Shown: positions 11,464 to 23,734 of the stretch, piece after piece | Layout of the letters: every line of letters begins with the position of its first letter | Position numbering within the stretch: the stretch's first letter is position 1 | Assembly (NCBI RefSeq): GCF_001194135.2 | Contig: NC_068982.1 | Location: 75,997,571-76,061,570, forward strand | DNA: 64,000 nucleotides | Reading direction: 5' to 3' | Source of the DNA: Octopus bimaculoides | Lineage: Eukaryota | Position numbers and translations under genes: made by a program | Notes under the pieces: generated by a model | The model's database searches: none | The model's input: the letters and a program-made list of their open reading frames with translations, nothing else | Told to the model about the DNA's origin: nothing

Positions 11464-11728
11464 ACTTCCGACACATGTTTCGAAGATATCACTGGTATTA
11501 TTCCAAAGGAATAAAATAGTGTAAAACTGTTGCGTCGACGGCCCCAGACGATGAAGTAGGCTAGTCCAATACCTAGATATAGAGGGAGTAGTCTAGACAA
11601 CGTGGTAGTTGAGTAGAGGTCATCCGAACGTGCGAAATAACAGTGGCGACGAGGATTTCGTAGCTCACACAACCAATGTGTAGTAGTGCGATATAACAAA
11701 AACAATGTAATCTTCTCTTCAGGGAAAT
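11464..11728 (-). ncRNA. Type I hammerhead ribozyme with intact core and 222-nt loop II
   Basis: Minus strand: atttcc CTGAAGA gaagat [11709-11488] atcttc GAAA catgtg TC ggaagt. Stem I is 6 bp (one GU), stem II is 6 bp and perfect, the cleavage triplet is GUC, and stem III ACAUGUGU is self-complementary. Confidence 0.7.
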
Positions 11729-11824
11729 GAAGAAATGAAACTTGTCAATAAGACATTTTAACAGAATATTATGGATATGTATAGTGATCNNNNNNNNNNN
11801 NNNNNNNNNNNNNNNNNNNNNNNN

Positions 11825-12070
11825 ACGTGGTAGTTGAGTAGAGGTCATCCGAACGTGCGAAATAACAGTGGCGACGAGGATTTCGTAGCTCACACAACCA
11901 ATGTGTAGTAGTGCGATATAACAGTGGCGACGAAGATTTCGTAGTTCACACAGCCATTGTGTAGTATTGCGATATAACAAAAACAATGTAATCTTCTCTT
12001 CAGGGAAATGAAGAAATGAAACTTGTCAATAAGACATTTTAACAGAATATTATGGATATGTATAGTGATC
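11825..12070 (-). repeat. Second copy of 11600-11789 beyond a 35-N gap, with a 56-bp internal duplication
   Basis: Identical start acgtggtagttgagtagagg and end atagtgatc. The extra 56-bp unit differs at 5 positions. It carries the 5' half of the hammerhead (11991-12007). Confidence 0.85.
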
Positions 12071-12399
12071 AACTGAGCTTTATTAAGTTTGTTTAAAAAA
12101 GAAGCGTTAGAGGATATAACGTCAAAGGTAGCCTATAGAAAAAGGAGGGGTAAAGGAAAGAAAAAATCCAAATAAATGAGAAGTATGAAACGATATGTAA
12201 ATTAAATAAAACCCTATAGTCTTGGAAAAAGATATATCTAGTGAATGTGAAATGTAAGAAGAATATTAATGTGTAAATTATATATAATGATGGATATCAC
12301 TTATATGAACTAAAAGTGTGTTTCTGCCAATGTTTATATCGGTATGCACGCTCTATAACCGTATTTACAAGGGGATTTTTAGAAAAAAGAATAAAAAAT

Positions 12400-14830
12400 A
12401 GTTCAGAATTACAGAGAAGACAGAATTCCTTGCCTTTATCATAAGGTATCGAAATTGAGAGAATCAACCAATCTAAATTAAATTGTTTATTGTGGTCTTT
12501 TAGATACCAAATTAATTTACTAAGCCCTGTACTGTTACGTTTATTCCTATCCCTAAATGTAGAATAATGATTAGAAATTCTTTTAGATAACCGAGAAGAT
12601 GAACTGCTTATATAAAAAAATATTTTATTACCAGAAGTAATTTTACACTAGTATATAGAATTTTTAATTTTAGAGTTACTTGACATAAATTTGATTCTGT
12701 TGTAATTGACTTCAGATGCAATAACCTTGTTATTCATATTTCTAGGGGGATGGAAGGTATTAGCTAAATTAATGTTCGTATTAGTAAATGTATCCCTATT
12801 TAACAGGCTAATATTATGTGAGGAGATAATTTGTAAGAGATTTTTTGTGTTGGAAAAACCAATCCTAACTGTGTGTGAGTTGATAATAGAGTAATGCCTA
12901 GAATGCTTTGGAAAATTCCTAATAATAGCTTCACGAAACTTACAAAGTTTAGTTAGTTTGGTCTAATACATAAGTGGTAATAGGTTGGTTCAATCATATT
13001 GAAAACAAGGACAAATATTAATTCTTGCAAGTTGATATTAATGATTATTATTCCTCCATTAACCCAATTGCTCTTAATAAAGCAATTTTATTTGCCAAGA
13101 AAAACTCCACTAAAACAAATACTGACAATTACTATAACCATAATTCTGATAAGAATAATACCATAAGGCAAATTATCCCTTTTGGAAAAAAAATAAAAAC
13201 TAACTCAATTAAATCTTTGCGTGGATTAATAACTAAAAACTTTACTAATAATAAATATTGTGAAATAATTAATAATAGGAAAATTAGAATAGAGTTCTCT
13301 TTATCGCATAATCTATTTCGAATTATATCCTCAATTAACTAGATTATTTTTATGAGAATCGTAAAATAGACACTCTTTCATTGAATACACAACATGATAA
13401 ATCAGCCATGACAAATGGTGATGATTTTAGTTCAAATAGTGAATGAGAAACAGCTCACTAGAACTTCTTTGTTATAATCAATAGTAAAGCTGATGAAAAT
13501 AAATTTTGTAATTGTAAGAATAAGCCCAACTGTAAATTTAGTAATTTCTGTAAATGCAATAATCTGGTATATCAGACTATTGTTGAATCTGAAAGTAATA
13601 ATTATTTTTATATTGGAGCAACTGGATGCTTTATAAAGAAAAGAATAGCTAACCGCGAAAGTAGTTTTAGGAACCGCCTAAAAATTAGCAATACAAGTCT
13701 TAGCAAGTTCATTTGGAGAATAAAGAACAGCAATAAGAGTTATAATAAGAGTTATAAAATTAAATGGAAAATTATGACTCACGCTAAACCATATAGTATC
13801 AATGATAGGCGATGTGAACTTTGTGTAGAAGAAATTTAGCAAATATCATCTTCCAGACATCAACTACTTAATTCTAGAAATGAAAAAGTTTATCCTGTGT
13901 ACACGTTTCGAAGTATATTTTCTCTTAATATTGCTAGACTATATATGAAATACATACAAAGTAATAAAGTACAAACATGTAATATGTAATTTTTGTATAA
14001 ATGAAATTGTAATAATTAACATGATCAATTTAGCAATATAATTGCTATGTAAAGAGACAATCTTCGTTAGGAATAATCTTACTTTCAATAATACATAATC
14101 TGATGATGTAATACACTAAATCTATGTTGCTATGTAACACGCAATTTTTCCCTTTCTGCATCATGAATTTATTAACAATAATATAACTCTTATTTTTAAT
14201 AATCTTGATTTTTTTATTTTTGTTTAATACAAATTTTTTTTTTATACGTATGCACACACATATATAACATATATATATAAACAAACACATATTCATACGC
14301 TACGCGTTAACGAGTATATATACAGATATATAAATAATACATAGTTTTAACGGCTATCCTCTTCAAATTAAACTACATATATACATAAAGAAATCAATCT
14401 GATTCGATAAGATTTTATAATAATAAATACATAGGCAGTAATATACATTGATTAAGTAAACTAATAGAAATTTACATAGATAACGGTTTTAGATTTTTTA
14501 TCTTACTTTATATTATATATTTATTATTATTTGTTCTTTTTACTTTTTACCCTTATACTATATTTTTAAATTTTTTAATATCATTTTTTTTTTAGATTAG
14601 TAACATAGACATACAAACACTAAAAGTATACATTTCTTAATTTTCTTAGTCTATTGATAAAACCCAATCCATCAACATGTAACTCTTTCTATTGTACTCT
14701 AGCCCTGATGAGATTCTACCCAATATTACTCAAAATGGAATTTTATTCTAATCTTTGGATTTATTCCAATCTTTGAATTTGCAATTATATATTGGACTAA
14801 ATTTAAACGAAAGTAGGCTTTATTTGGCAG
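12400..14830 (+). mobile_element. Degenerate Penelope-like element (Naiad-like), RT internally deleted, GIY-YIG endonuclease
   Basis: VIGWFNHIENKDKY*FLQVDINDYYSSI (RT motif A) at ~12975-13060, joined directly to PFGKKIKTN...IINNRKIRIEFSLSHN. Then CNCKNKPNCKFSNFCKCNNLVYQ..YFYIGATG..KRIANRESSFRN..SLSKFIW..KWKIM..PYS..RCELCVEE..LNSRNE at ~13500-13890. The 5' boundary is uncertain. Confidence 0.85.
14701..14819 (+). ncRNA. Relic hammerhead at the 3' end of the PLE
   Basis: agcc CTGATGA gatt...ccaatat...atattgg...aaac GAAA g TA ggct. Stem I is 4 bp, stem II is extended, and stem III is collapsed. Confidence 0.5.
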
Positions 14831-16121
14831 TATGTTAATAAATTAATTTTGTATCCTTACCAACTTACCATTCTTCTTCTTTAATCACACACACATACAT
14901 GTGTGCATATATATATATATATANNNNNNNNNNNNNNNNNNNNNNNNNNNNNNNNNNNNNNNNNNNNNNNNNNNNNNNNNNNNNNNNNNNNNNNNNNNNN
15001 NNNNNNNNNNNNNNNNNNNNNNNNNNNNNNNNNNNNNNNNNNNNNNNNNNNNNNNNNNNNNNNNNNNNNNNNNNNNNNNNNNNNNNNNNNNNNNNNNNNN
15101 NNNNNNNNNNNNNNNNNNNNNNNNNNNNNNNNNNNNNNNNNNNNNNNNNNNNNNNNNNNNNNNNNNNNNNNNNNNNNNNNNNNNNNNNNNNNNNNNNNNN
15201 NNNNNNNNNNNNNNNNNNNNNNNNNNNNNNNNNNNNNNNNNNNNNNNNNNNNNNNNNNNNNNNNNNNNNNNNNNNNNNNNNNNNNNNNNNNNNNNNNNNN
15301 NNNNNNNNNNNNNNNNNNNNNNNNNNNNNNNNNNNNNNNNNNNNNNNNNNNNNNTATATATATATATATATATATTCCAAGGGTTAATTGCGATCTGCTT
15401 AACAGAAACAGGTTGTTGCTGGGAGTTATACAACAGACAAAACCTCACCTCATATAAAAAAAACAAAAAAAACAACAAAAGACGAAACAAAACAAAAGCA
15501 AACTAGACTCCACCCGCGGAAAATATGAAAAACAACACACACACAAATACAAACAGAGGCACACACACACATACGAACATACACACAAATCCCTTTAAAG
15601 TCTTTCAGATCTGGGGGAAATATTATTGAACTTTCGAATCTCTTTGATCTTTCAAGTATAATTATCTAAAAATATTTATTGATTTTCTTATCTGTTTGAT
15701 AAATCAGTTTATATGTTTAAACTTTTAAGGCTGTGCCTACTGAATATGCCACACACAGACAGAAACACAACCTCTCTCTCTCTCTCTCTCTCATTGTATA
15801 CATACGTATATACATTTATTCATACATACAAACATCTATGTATGTATGTATGTATGTATGTATGTATGTATCTATCTATCTATCTATCTATAAAAGTGCT
15901 GACAGCCATCACTCACGATCGAGTATAGCTTGGTAACATGTACAATGCTTCCTCAAATTTGTTTTAGGCGCCTGTATAGTCGCGAGCAGATACAATCCTC
16001 CTCTTGGCTTTCCCTTCTCTCACCCTCAACCCAATGTAACATTGGGGTTGCAACAGCTGAAAGGAGAAAGAAGGTCGCATTAGTGTATGTATGTATGTAT
16101 GTATGTATGTATGTATGTATG

Positions 16122-17340
16122 TTCTCAACTGTTTTTTAAGTATAAAATGTTTCTCTGAGGAAGGAGCTGCTTTCTAACAAAAATACAAAGCCCCATCGTT
16201 GAAATGTAGATAACAGAAAACAATGCTATATTCTAAACCTGAAAAAAGTCTTGCACATTTTTACTGTTCCACTTACAGATTGTATTTGTAATGTGCGAGT
16301 TAGTTGTTTGATTTCTTTTTCTGAAAACCCTTGCTTATCCAGATTGTCACTTATGTATTTACCCACAAAACCAACTATTATTGGTAGAAATGTGAATTTA
16401 TAATCTAGATATAGACGGCTGGAGCTTTCGAAGCAGTTGTCCGTAATTATCCTCTCTTTCTTAGATTTGACAGCTGATCTCCATGACGGTACACACTTTT
16501 TCTTGCCTGTCCCAAACAATGTCTGGCGTGTTGTTTACAATGACAGATGTTTTGATTGGGATGTTCCACCAATATTCTTTGTGCTGGTGTTTGTGTATGA
16601 ATTCAATAACAAGTGGATTTTCTATATTTATTCCAGAACAGTCTTTTTTCCGAATGGCATTGCATATTATTTTCGCGACAACATCATGTAGCAAAGGGAA
16701 GTAGTACCTTGATGACATTTTTGGACAGTTGTTAAGTACATGTATGACGTCTTCTACAGAAATATGACGTAATCAACATTTTCACTTGCATCTTGGAGCC
16801 CCAAGGGCTTCACTGTCTCTTTTGCTCATTAGGTATTTAGTGGCAATCTCCTGTTCTTGGATTGCAAATGCATAACCGCAAATGCATACCCGAAGTGTGA
16901 TGTAGCGGTCACGAGTCCACGACAGGCTTCGCTTCATGTCGATATTACTGTCTTCATCAAATCTTCAGGAAGCATACTCATGCATAGTCCCTTTTTTTTT
17001 GTATACTGAGTGTTTTACATCCAGGTCTTCTTTGAAGCATGTTAGTTCGGCTATTTTGGAGAGTGTATGTTGGGCAATCAGTAAGAAAGTGTTTCCTGAG
17101 GAGCTCGCTACTGACACGTAGAATATTGTTCTTTTCACTTTTCAGCACTGAGTTAATGTATCTATTTTTGCTGCTGTTTAACAAGTGCTGTCAAAAGGAG
17201 ACTAAAATGTTTCTCTGTGCTGTTGAAGCCGACTAGATTATTGTCATTGTTGCGTTTTGCCAAGTTCACATCTGAATGATAAGGCCTACGCACAAGGGCG
17301 TCCAACCGTGACAATGTCTTCATTTTGTATAGCTTGGATT
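16122..17340 (-). mobile_element. R4/Dong-like non-LTR retrotransposon 3' fragment (Zn-knuckle plus RLE)
   Basis: EDVIHVLNNCPKMSSRYY..HDVVAK, EYWWN, NNTPDIVWD..VMEISC, FLPIIVG, GTVKMCKTF. Frameshifted. The 3' end abuts a (TACA)n array. Confidence 0.85.
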
Positions 17341-17878
17341 ATATTTTCCAATGTGCTTGTTTGTTAAGATGAGAGGGTTTTGAAGACGCTTGGTTATCAT
17401 TTCTAGCGGATCGAGCGACCGTGTAGAGGCTCAAAGCAGGGTTTTATCTGAGGGAGATTTGGGTGTTATTTCTTATCGGCTGAGCTACCACATCCTCTAC
17501 GTAGTTGCTTGGTCTGTTAGAGAGAATACAACCAAATCTTCCTAAAAAAAAAAAACACCCTGATGTCTCTATTAGATTTTGTCTTTTTTTATGATTTTTA
17601 TTCATGGAGATAGCGCATGTCCATACCTTATCACACCATCGTAGCAGGCATTGGGGGTTTCTCTTCAAGCTATACTGTATTAACTTAAATGTATCTCAAA
17701 TTTCAGATATCTCTCTCGCATTCTTTCCCTTGTATATCACTCACCTATTTACTATTACTTGTAACAACACAGTCTTATACAGATGATATCCCCTTTTATT
17801 TCTTCTTGTCCTTTCTCATCTTTACATTTAAATACAAGAACGGTAGTTCTTAGTGAAATATAAATGCCGGTTTCGTGT

Positions 17879-17923
17879 CTATAGTTGACGAAGCGTAACG
17901 ACGCTGAAACACGTGGCCTGCAG
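17879..17923 (+). ncRNA. Relic minimal hammerhead
   Basis: ctatag TTGACGA agcg taacga cgct GAAA cacgtg GC ctgcag. Lesions are C3U and U16.1G; stem III is palindromic. Confidence 0.5.
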
Positions 17924-18795
17924 TCTAATGACATCCTTCATGGCCCAGTAAATGTTTTTCACATATATTGTCTCTAAAGAGAACATCTCTCCAGAGATAC
18001 TTTTTCCAGCGGAGGCCTTTCTGAGTTTGAGTGTACACGAACGTGTTAAATACAATTGTACACACCTGTAAAATTGTATAATGCAATAAAGTGTTTCGAC
18101 TAGTTTCAAAATATTGTCTTGATTCAAATCGATAATACTTTCAGTTTTAAAATCACAAATTATTCCAACATTTTCAATATGTTTATACTTCCATGCTTGA
18201 TTGAATTATTTCATTCATCGGAGTTGAATCCATTCAATCTCTGCCAAGAACCACGACAAGACGTGAACACGGCTTACCTTCTGGTCTTGTAAATCTTCGG
18301 AAAGTAAAGTTGATTATAGAGTTGGAAGAAAAAATGTTCTGAATACTTTACATGAGATAAAGCAAGAAATGGAAATACGAACAATTACTTAGACGAAACA
18401 AATTAATAAGTAATGACGTTTCTCGAATTGTAATTTCATAAAGCAGACAAAATGTAATTAGGGTACTCCTCGGGGACATGTTTGGCTTTCTTTTCTGTAA
18501 AGTTTCATATAACGTCTCGCCACCTGTTCATGCTCAACATAGGAATTTGTCACGAACGAAAACCTACTTTTGCTAAAATACCGAGTAGGCTGGTTGGTTA
18601 GTATTCGCTGTGTGGTAGATGGTGGCATAATATTTTATTTAACAGAATTCGCAATGATTTAAGCTGTGACGTTATTATTATAGCTTAAGAGTTGATGTTA
18701 CCCATTGTAGTATGGCTTATTTTTACAAAAAGTAAAAGTAATATAAAACACACACATACGCACGCACACACAGACACAGACACAGACACACACAG

Positions 18796-18826
<31 letters not shown>

Positions 18827-18991
18827 GTATTTGGCAATGTGCGGATGGCGAAAGGCTATGTTTACATAATTTTAGATAAATAAAGAATAAAAAAATTAAT
18901 GGCGTATTCGCAGTATCAATGAATGTATTATTCACTGTTTCCTATGTATTGGAGCCAACAGATTTCATTTAGACAGGCGACTTGAGAGTAT

Positions 18992-19034
18992 ATGTCACTG
19001 ACAAGGCTGAAGAAGGTCGAAATGCATATGGCGT
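18992..19034 (+). ncRNA. Minimal hammerhead with a single core lesion (G8A)
   Basis: atgtca CTGACAA ggc tgaagaag gtc GAAA tgca TA tggcgt. Stem I is 6 bp (two GU), stem II is 3 bp, and stem III AUGCAU is palindromic. Confidence 0.55.
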
Positions 19035-19289
19035 TCTCGCTAGCTTCTACTGATAGATGTGTTTTTAAACACAACACGTCTATAAAAGGTTTTTATCTCT
19101 GACGAAAACTGCAGTGTCTTACTTGTCTACTGTGTATGTACGTTAAGTATGATACATAGATAGCAATTTCACTTTGAATGTTGCAGGTTAAGGGCTTACG
19201 GTAAAACACGGACAGTTTCTAAATAGTTGGTTGTTACATCGTGGTATGGCTGATGGAACAAACAGAATATCCTCCCCTCCCTCCTCCTC

Positions 19290-19560
19290 CTCCACACCAT
19301 CATCATCGGCTTAAAGTTCAGTAATCCATGCTTGCATGGGTCAGACGAAACTACGTCGGAGCAGAGTTTCTACCGCCCGTTTCCCTCCACCCCTGACACC
19401 AAACTACATCTGTTTTCAAGAATGTTATTTATCCCATAATCTGTCGTACAACGGACAGCGTGGACTTGTCAGGTGGAGAACTAGAAACAAATGACACTGT
19501 CTGAGTGAACATTTTGTCTACAAAGGTCGTATATCAAGACATGTCATGAAGCTCGGACAC
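19290..19560 (-). mobile_element. SINE 3' part with RTE-type tail
   Basis: catcatcatc...ccatgcttgcatgggtcagacg...ttctaccgcccg is the reverse complement of the tail seen at 8230-8310. Confidence 0.6.
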
Positions 19561-20608
19561 GCTTTCAAGCTGGACTACAAGGAAACGACACCGCCTGTAT
19601 GGACGGCGGTTGTTGTTTACATTCAGAAAGCACAATGCAAAAATGAGGGGAAAGACGAACTCACTCACACAAACACATTTATGAACATATATTCATAAAC
19701 ACACATATATATGTATGATTATATGACAGACTTCAGTTTCTGTCTACCAGTCGATTTATAAAGTATTGGTTATATAGAACACCATCCTACAAGGCCCATG
19801 CAGTGGGACTGAATCCTTAATCGCGTGGTTATGAAGCGAATTTTTTTAACCATGCAACCATGTAGAATAATATAACTCTGAGGTTCTGTATTGCCAGTGT
19901 CTGAAAATTCATTTCGAAAGTAATATTTTCTTGTGACTAATTTCAAAACCGTCATGCCGTCGCTCGATTTATAAGAGCTGAATTGCCTTTAAATCAATCT
20001 ATATCTCCCGAATAAAAGGAACAAATGTATTGCAGTGTTGTATACTGTAACTGTGTGTCTCAAAAGAAGGAATGATAGTCACGCTTGGAATGCTGGCTGA
20101 ACGATAGACAATGTGATACTGATTACACAGATCAACATATCGGATATGTAAAGTCTTGAATTTTTTTTTAAAGCGAAGATATAAAGTGCCGCATTATACT
20201 TAAGGAGTCCGACTCATTTGTGTGAGATAAGTCTGCTCGAGGTCTAGACAATAAGAGTTTAAGTTATACATACATTTATACATACATATATGCATGCATG
20301 CATATTTTCTTATGTGCACAGGGCTTCGTAAAGACGGGTCTACATAAAATCCGTGAAATGCTTGGGTTCTCCAAAAAAGAACAGATGCAGTTGATCATAA
20401 CTGCGAAAATTTGTAAAACATTTCAGAGATTTTCTTTTCCAGGTTCCTGGACGAACATCTGCAAATAATCATAAATACATATCAAATGCGCACGCTCTCT
20501 CACGTAAACAGTAAATGAGTACACACACACACACACACACTTGTGTAATAACGTGATACGCTCATCCACTACACAAATGCACGTTTATTCACACGCACTC
20601 GTACATAA

Positions 20609-20649
<41 letters not shown>

Positions 20650-20794
20650 GTGTGTGTATGGTTGAAATGTACAGAAAACAAAGGACAGAGACAGGTGAGG
20701 GAACAACAAGCAGGTTTGACGCTCAGGAAAATGGAAAAGTCTTTGATGTTTCAAGTGTATGATCTTCGACAGAAAGAGATAAGAGGAAAATATG

Positions 20795-20844
20795 GAGAGT
20801 GAGAGAGAGAGAAAGATAGAGGGAGAGAGAGAGAGAGAGAGAGA

Positions 20845-20912
<68 letters not shown>
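20795..20912. repeat. (GA)n microsatellite
   Basis: Direct observation. Confidence 0.95.
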
Positions 20913-20915
<3 letters not shown>

Positions 20916-21674
20916 CGGTGAAAGGAAAAAGAACGTGTTGAGATTAATGGTTACACACATTTCCTAAAAATGTAAGAAAATACACAAATTATCGAGAAAA
21001 TTTCTGTTAGCCGTTCTAGTTACCAACGGAGGTTTCTCACTGTACAACGAACCGTCATTAGCGAGGAAGTACGACCTGCTAACGTGTCCCATTATATCTC
21101 TAATTATTTTAAGTGCCCATGTAGTTGTGAGCAGACATGTACATCCTCGTGGTCTCTTCACCCTTGATCTCATGGAACATCGAGAATATAGCAAGAGCTG
21201 CACCAGTACTCAGCAGGTCTTCGTTTTCAGCTGAATGGAGTGGAGCAACGTAAAACGAAGAGCCTTGCTCAAAGACACAATGTGTTGCTCAATCCAGGAA
21301 TTGAACCACAATCTTATGATCACGAGCCGAACCCTCTAACCATTTGCTTAATACAGAAGATTTTAACCTTTAGCACATTATAGGTGATTCATGTCACCGT
21401 ATGAGTTTCCTCCCCTGTAGTAACAGGGCAGTGGCAGGGGAAATAATTCTGGAGAAACTGCAGTCTACTAAAGGTTAATAGGAAAGGGTTGGAAGTAAGA
21501 TTTATGACATCTTATTCTGAATGGTGTCAGTGAGGTGAAATACGTTTTATAGAAACCAAAACCGGCTCGAAAACTCAGTTTCATTTTCTAGAAACTGGAA
21601 TTTATCTGAGATAAGGATTTCTAAGTCTGGAACAATATTGGTGCCACACACAAATATTGGCGTTGATGGTGGTG

Positions 21675-22125
21675 GCATATGTATGTGTGTGTACGTGTCT
21701 ATATGTGTGTATATGTGGATGTGTGTGTAAATATATGTACGCGTATGTTTGTGTATGTGCTTGTATGCGTGTGTGCTTGCATGTGTGTGCGAGTGTTATT
21801 TGTGTGTGTGCAACAAATGTGTATGATCATGTATGTGTGCGCGTGTATATGTGTGTGCATGTGTGTGTACATGAGTGTATATATGTATGTATTTGTGTGT
21901 GTGTATGTGTGTGTGTGTGTGTATGTGTACGTGTGTGCGCTAGTATGTGTACGTGTGTGCGCTTGTATGTGTACGTGTGTGCGTGTGTGTGTGTCCGTAT
22001 GTGCGTATGTGTGTATAGTCGGAATTACTATGTATGTTTGAATGTATGTATGTATATTTGTATTTGTGTGTGTGTGTGTGTGTGTATACCTGTGTGTGTA
22101 TGCGTGTATAGCCGGAATTACTACC
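21675..22125. repeat. Degenerate GT/AT low-complexity array with an internal duplicated unit
   Basis: gtgtatag(t/c)cggaattacta occurs twice (~22011-22030 and ~22103-22122). Confidence 0.9.
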
Positions 22126-23346
22126 GCTGTGACATCGATTAACAACATTACCAACAAAAAGAGACAGCTCACAATCTAAATCGGTCAACTTGCAATTCAA
22201 AGATTATTTAGCTAAAAAACAAAACAAGACAAAACAAAGAAAAGGCAAGAAAATACTCGAATGGTAGTAATCACTAAACACCCACCACTACTTCCACGAA
22301 CGCACCATCACCNNNNNNNNNNNNNNNNNNNNNNNNNNNNNNNNNNNNNNNNNNNNNNNNNNNNNNNNNNNNNNNNNNNNNNNNNNNNNNNNNNNNNNNN
22401 NNNNNNNNNNNNNNNNNNNNNNNNNNNNNNNNNNNNNNNNNNNNNNNNNNNNNNNNNNNNNNNNNNNNNNNNNNNNNNNNNNNNNNNNNNNNNNNNNNNN
22501 NNNNNNNNNNNNNNNNNNNNNNNNNNNNNNNNNNNNNNNNNNNNNNNNNNNNNNNNNNNNNNNNNNNNNNNNNNNNNNNNNNNNNNNNNNNNNNNNNNNN
22601 NNNNNNNNNNNNNNNNNNNNNNNNNNNNNNNNNNNNNNNNNNNNNNNNNNNNNNNNNNNNNNNNNNNNNNNNNNNNNNNNNNNNNNNNNNNNNNNNNNNN
22701 NNNNNNNNNNNNNNNNNNNNNNNNNNNNNNNNNNNNNNNNNNNNNNNNNNNNNNNNNNNNNNNNNNNNNNNNNNNNNNNNNNNNNNNNNNNNGCTGATGC
22801 TGTTATCACAGTTATTTTTGATACACTTTCTCTTGTTTTTATAATTTTCTTTTTACTGTTATTGTTTTTAACTTGACTGTTCCTTCAGTGTATTCCTTAT
22901 TTCCGGTCGTTCGCGAAATCTTCTGCTGTGTCTCTTATGATTTTTAAAAAATTTCTTCTTTTATAATAATGAATATATCTGTTTTATATCATAATCGAAA
23001 TTCGTCAATTTATTATTTTGTTTTCAGCATCCATCTATTTTTCTTTTTCTATTACCCTTTCTTGCAAAAATTAAGCAAGTATGCTCTGGCAGCTCGCAGA
23101 TATTGAAGTACATATGAAAACTAGAGTGTTACTCATATGGCGACTAACCTTGGAAGTATACATTCGCTACCATGGGTAATATCAGAAAATATGGCACACT
23201 GAAAATAATTATAAATCAACATTTTTAAAAATAAAAGTTTCTTATGCATATACAAAATCATGAAGTGAATATTGATTTTCAAAAGAAAAATATTTATTAT
23301 TCTAACATAAAATCAAATAAAACAAATTTCTCATTTACAATAAATA

Positions 23347-23528
23347 CAGGGTGGGCCAAAAGTCACGTACAAAATAAGTTCAATACGCTCTGGAATTGTC
23401 AAGGACATGCTTCAATTTTTTAAAATTGAATAAAATAATGTACTTGTACGTAATGAACAGAATGAATAATAATAATAACGTAATATAAATAGTCAAATGT
23501 TTTGGTGCGTGACTTCCGGACCACCCTG
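23347..23528. mobile_element. Tc1/mariner MITE (182 bp)
   Basis: TA|cagggtgggccaaaagtcacg ... cgtgacttccggaccaccctg|TA: 21-bp imperfect TIRs with a TA TSD. Confidence 0.85.
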
Positions 23529-23734
23529 TATATGTCATTATTTCTCTAAATTTTATCAGCATAATTACAATCTACTCCATCGAAAACCTATCCCTGCAAA
23601 ATTTTATGAAAATAAATGTGTATCTTTAGAAACTTATAAGACTTATAAACCTAGTCTGCTAAATCTCTCTGTATCTTTTTATTACACTTTCTTTTCCTCT
23701 CTCTATGCAATGTAAAGCGTGACTGAAGATGCCA

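Noticed and set aside
18094-18150. GAAACTAGTC on the minus strand
   Set aside because: No proper CUGANGA or stem I partner upstream.
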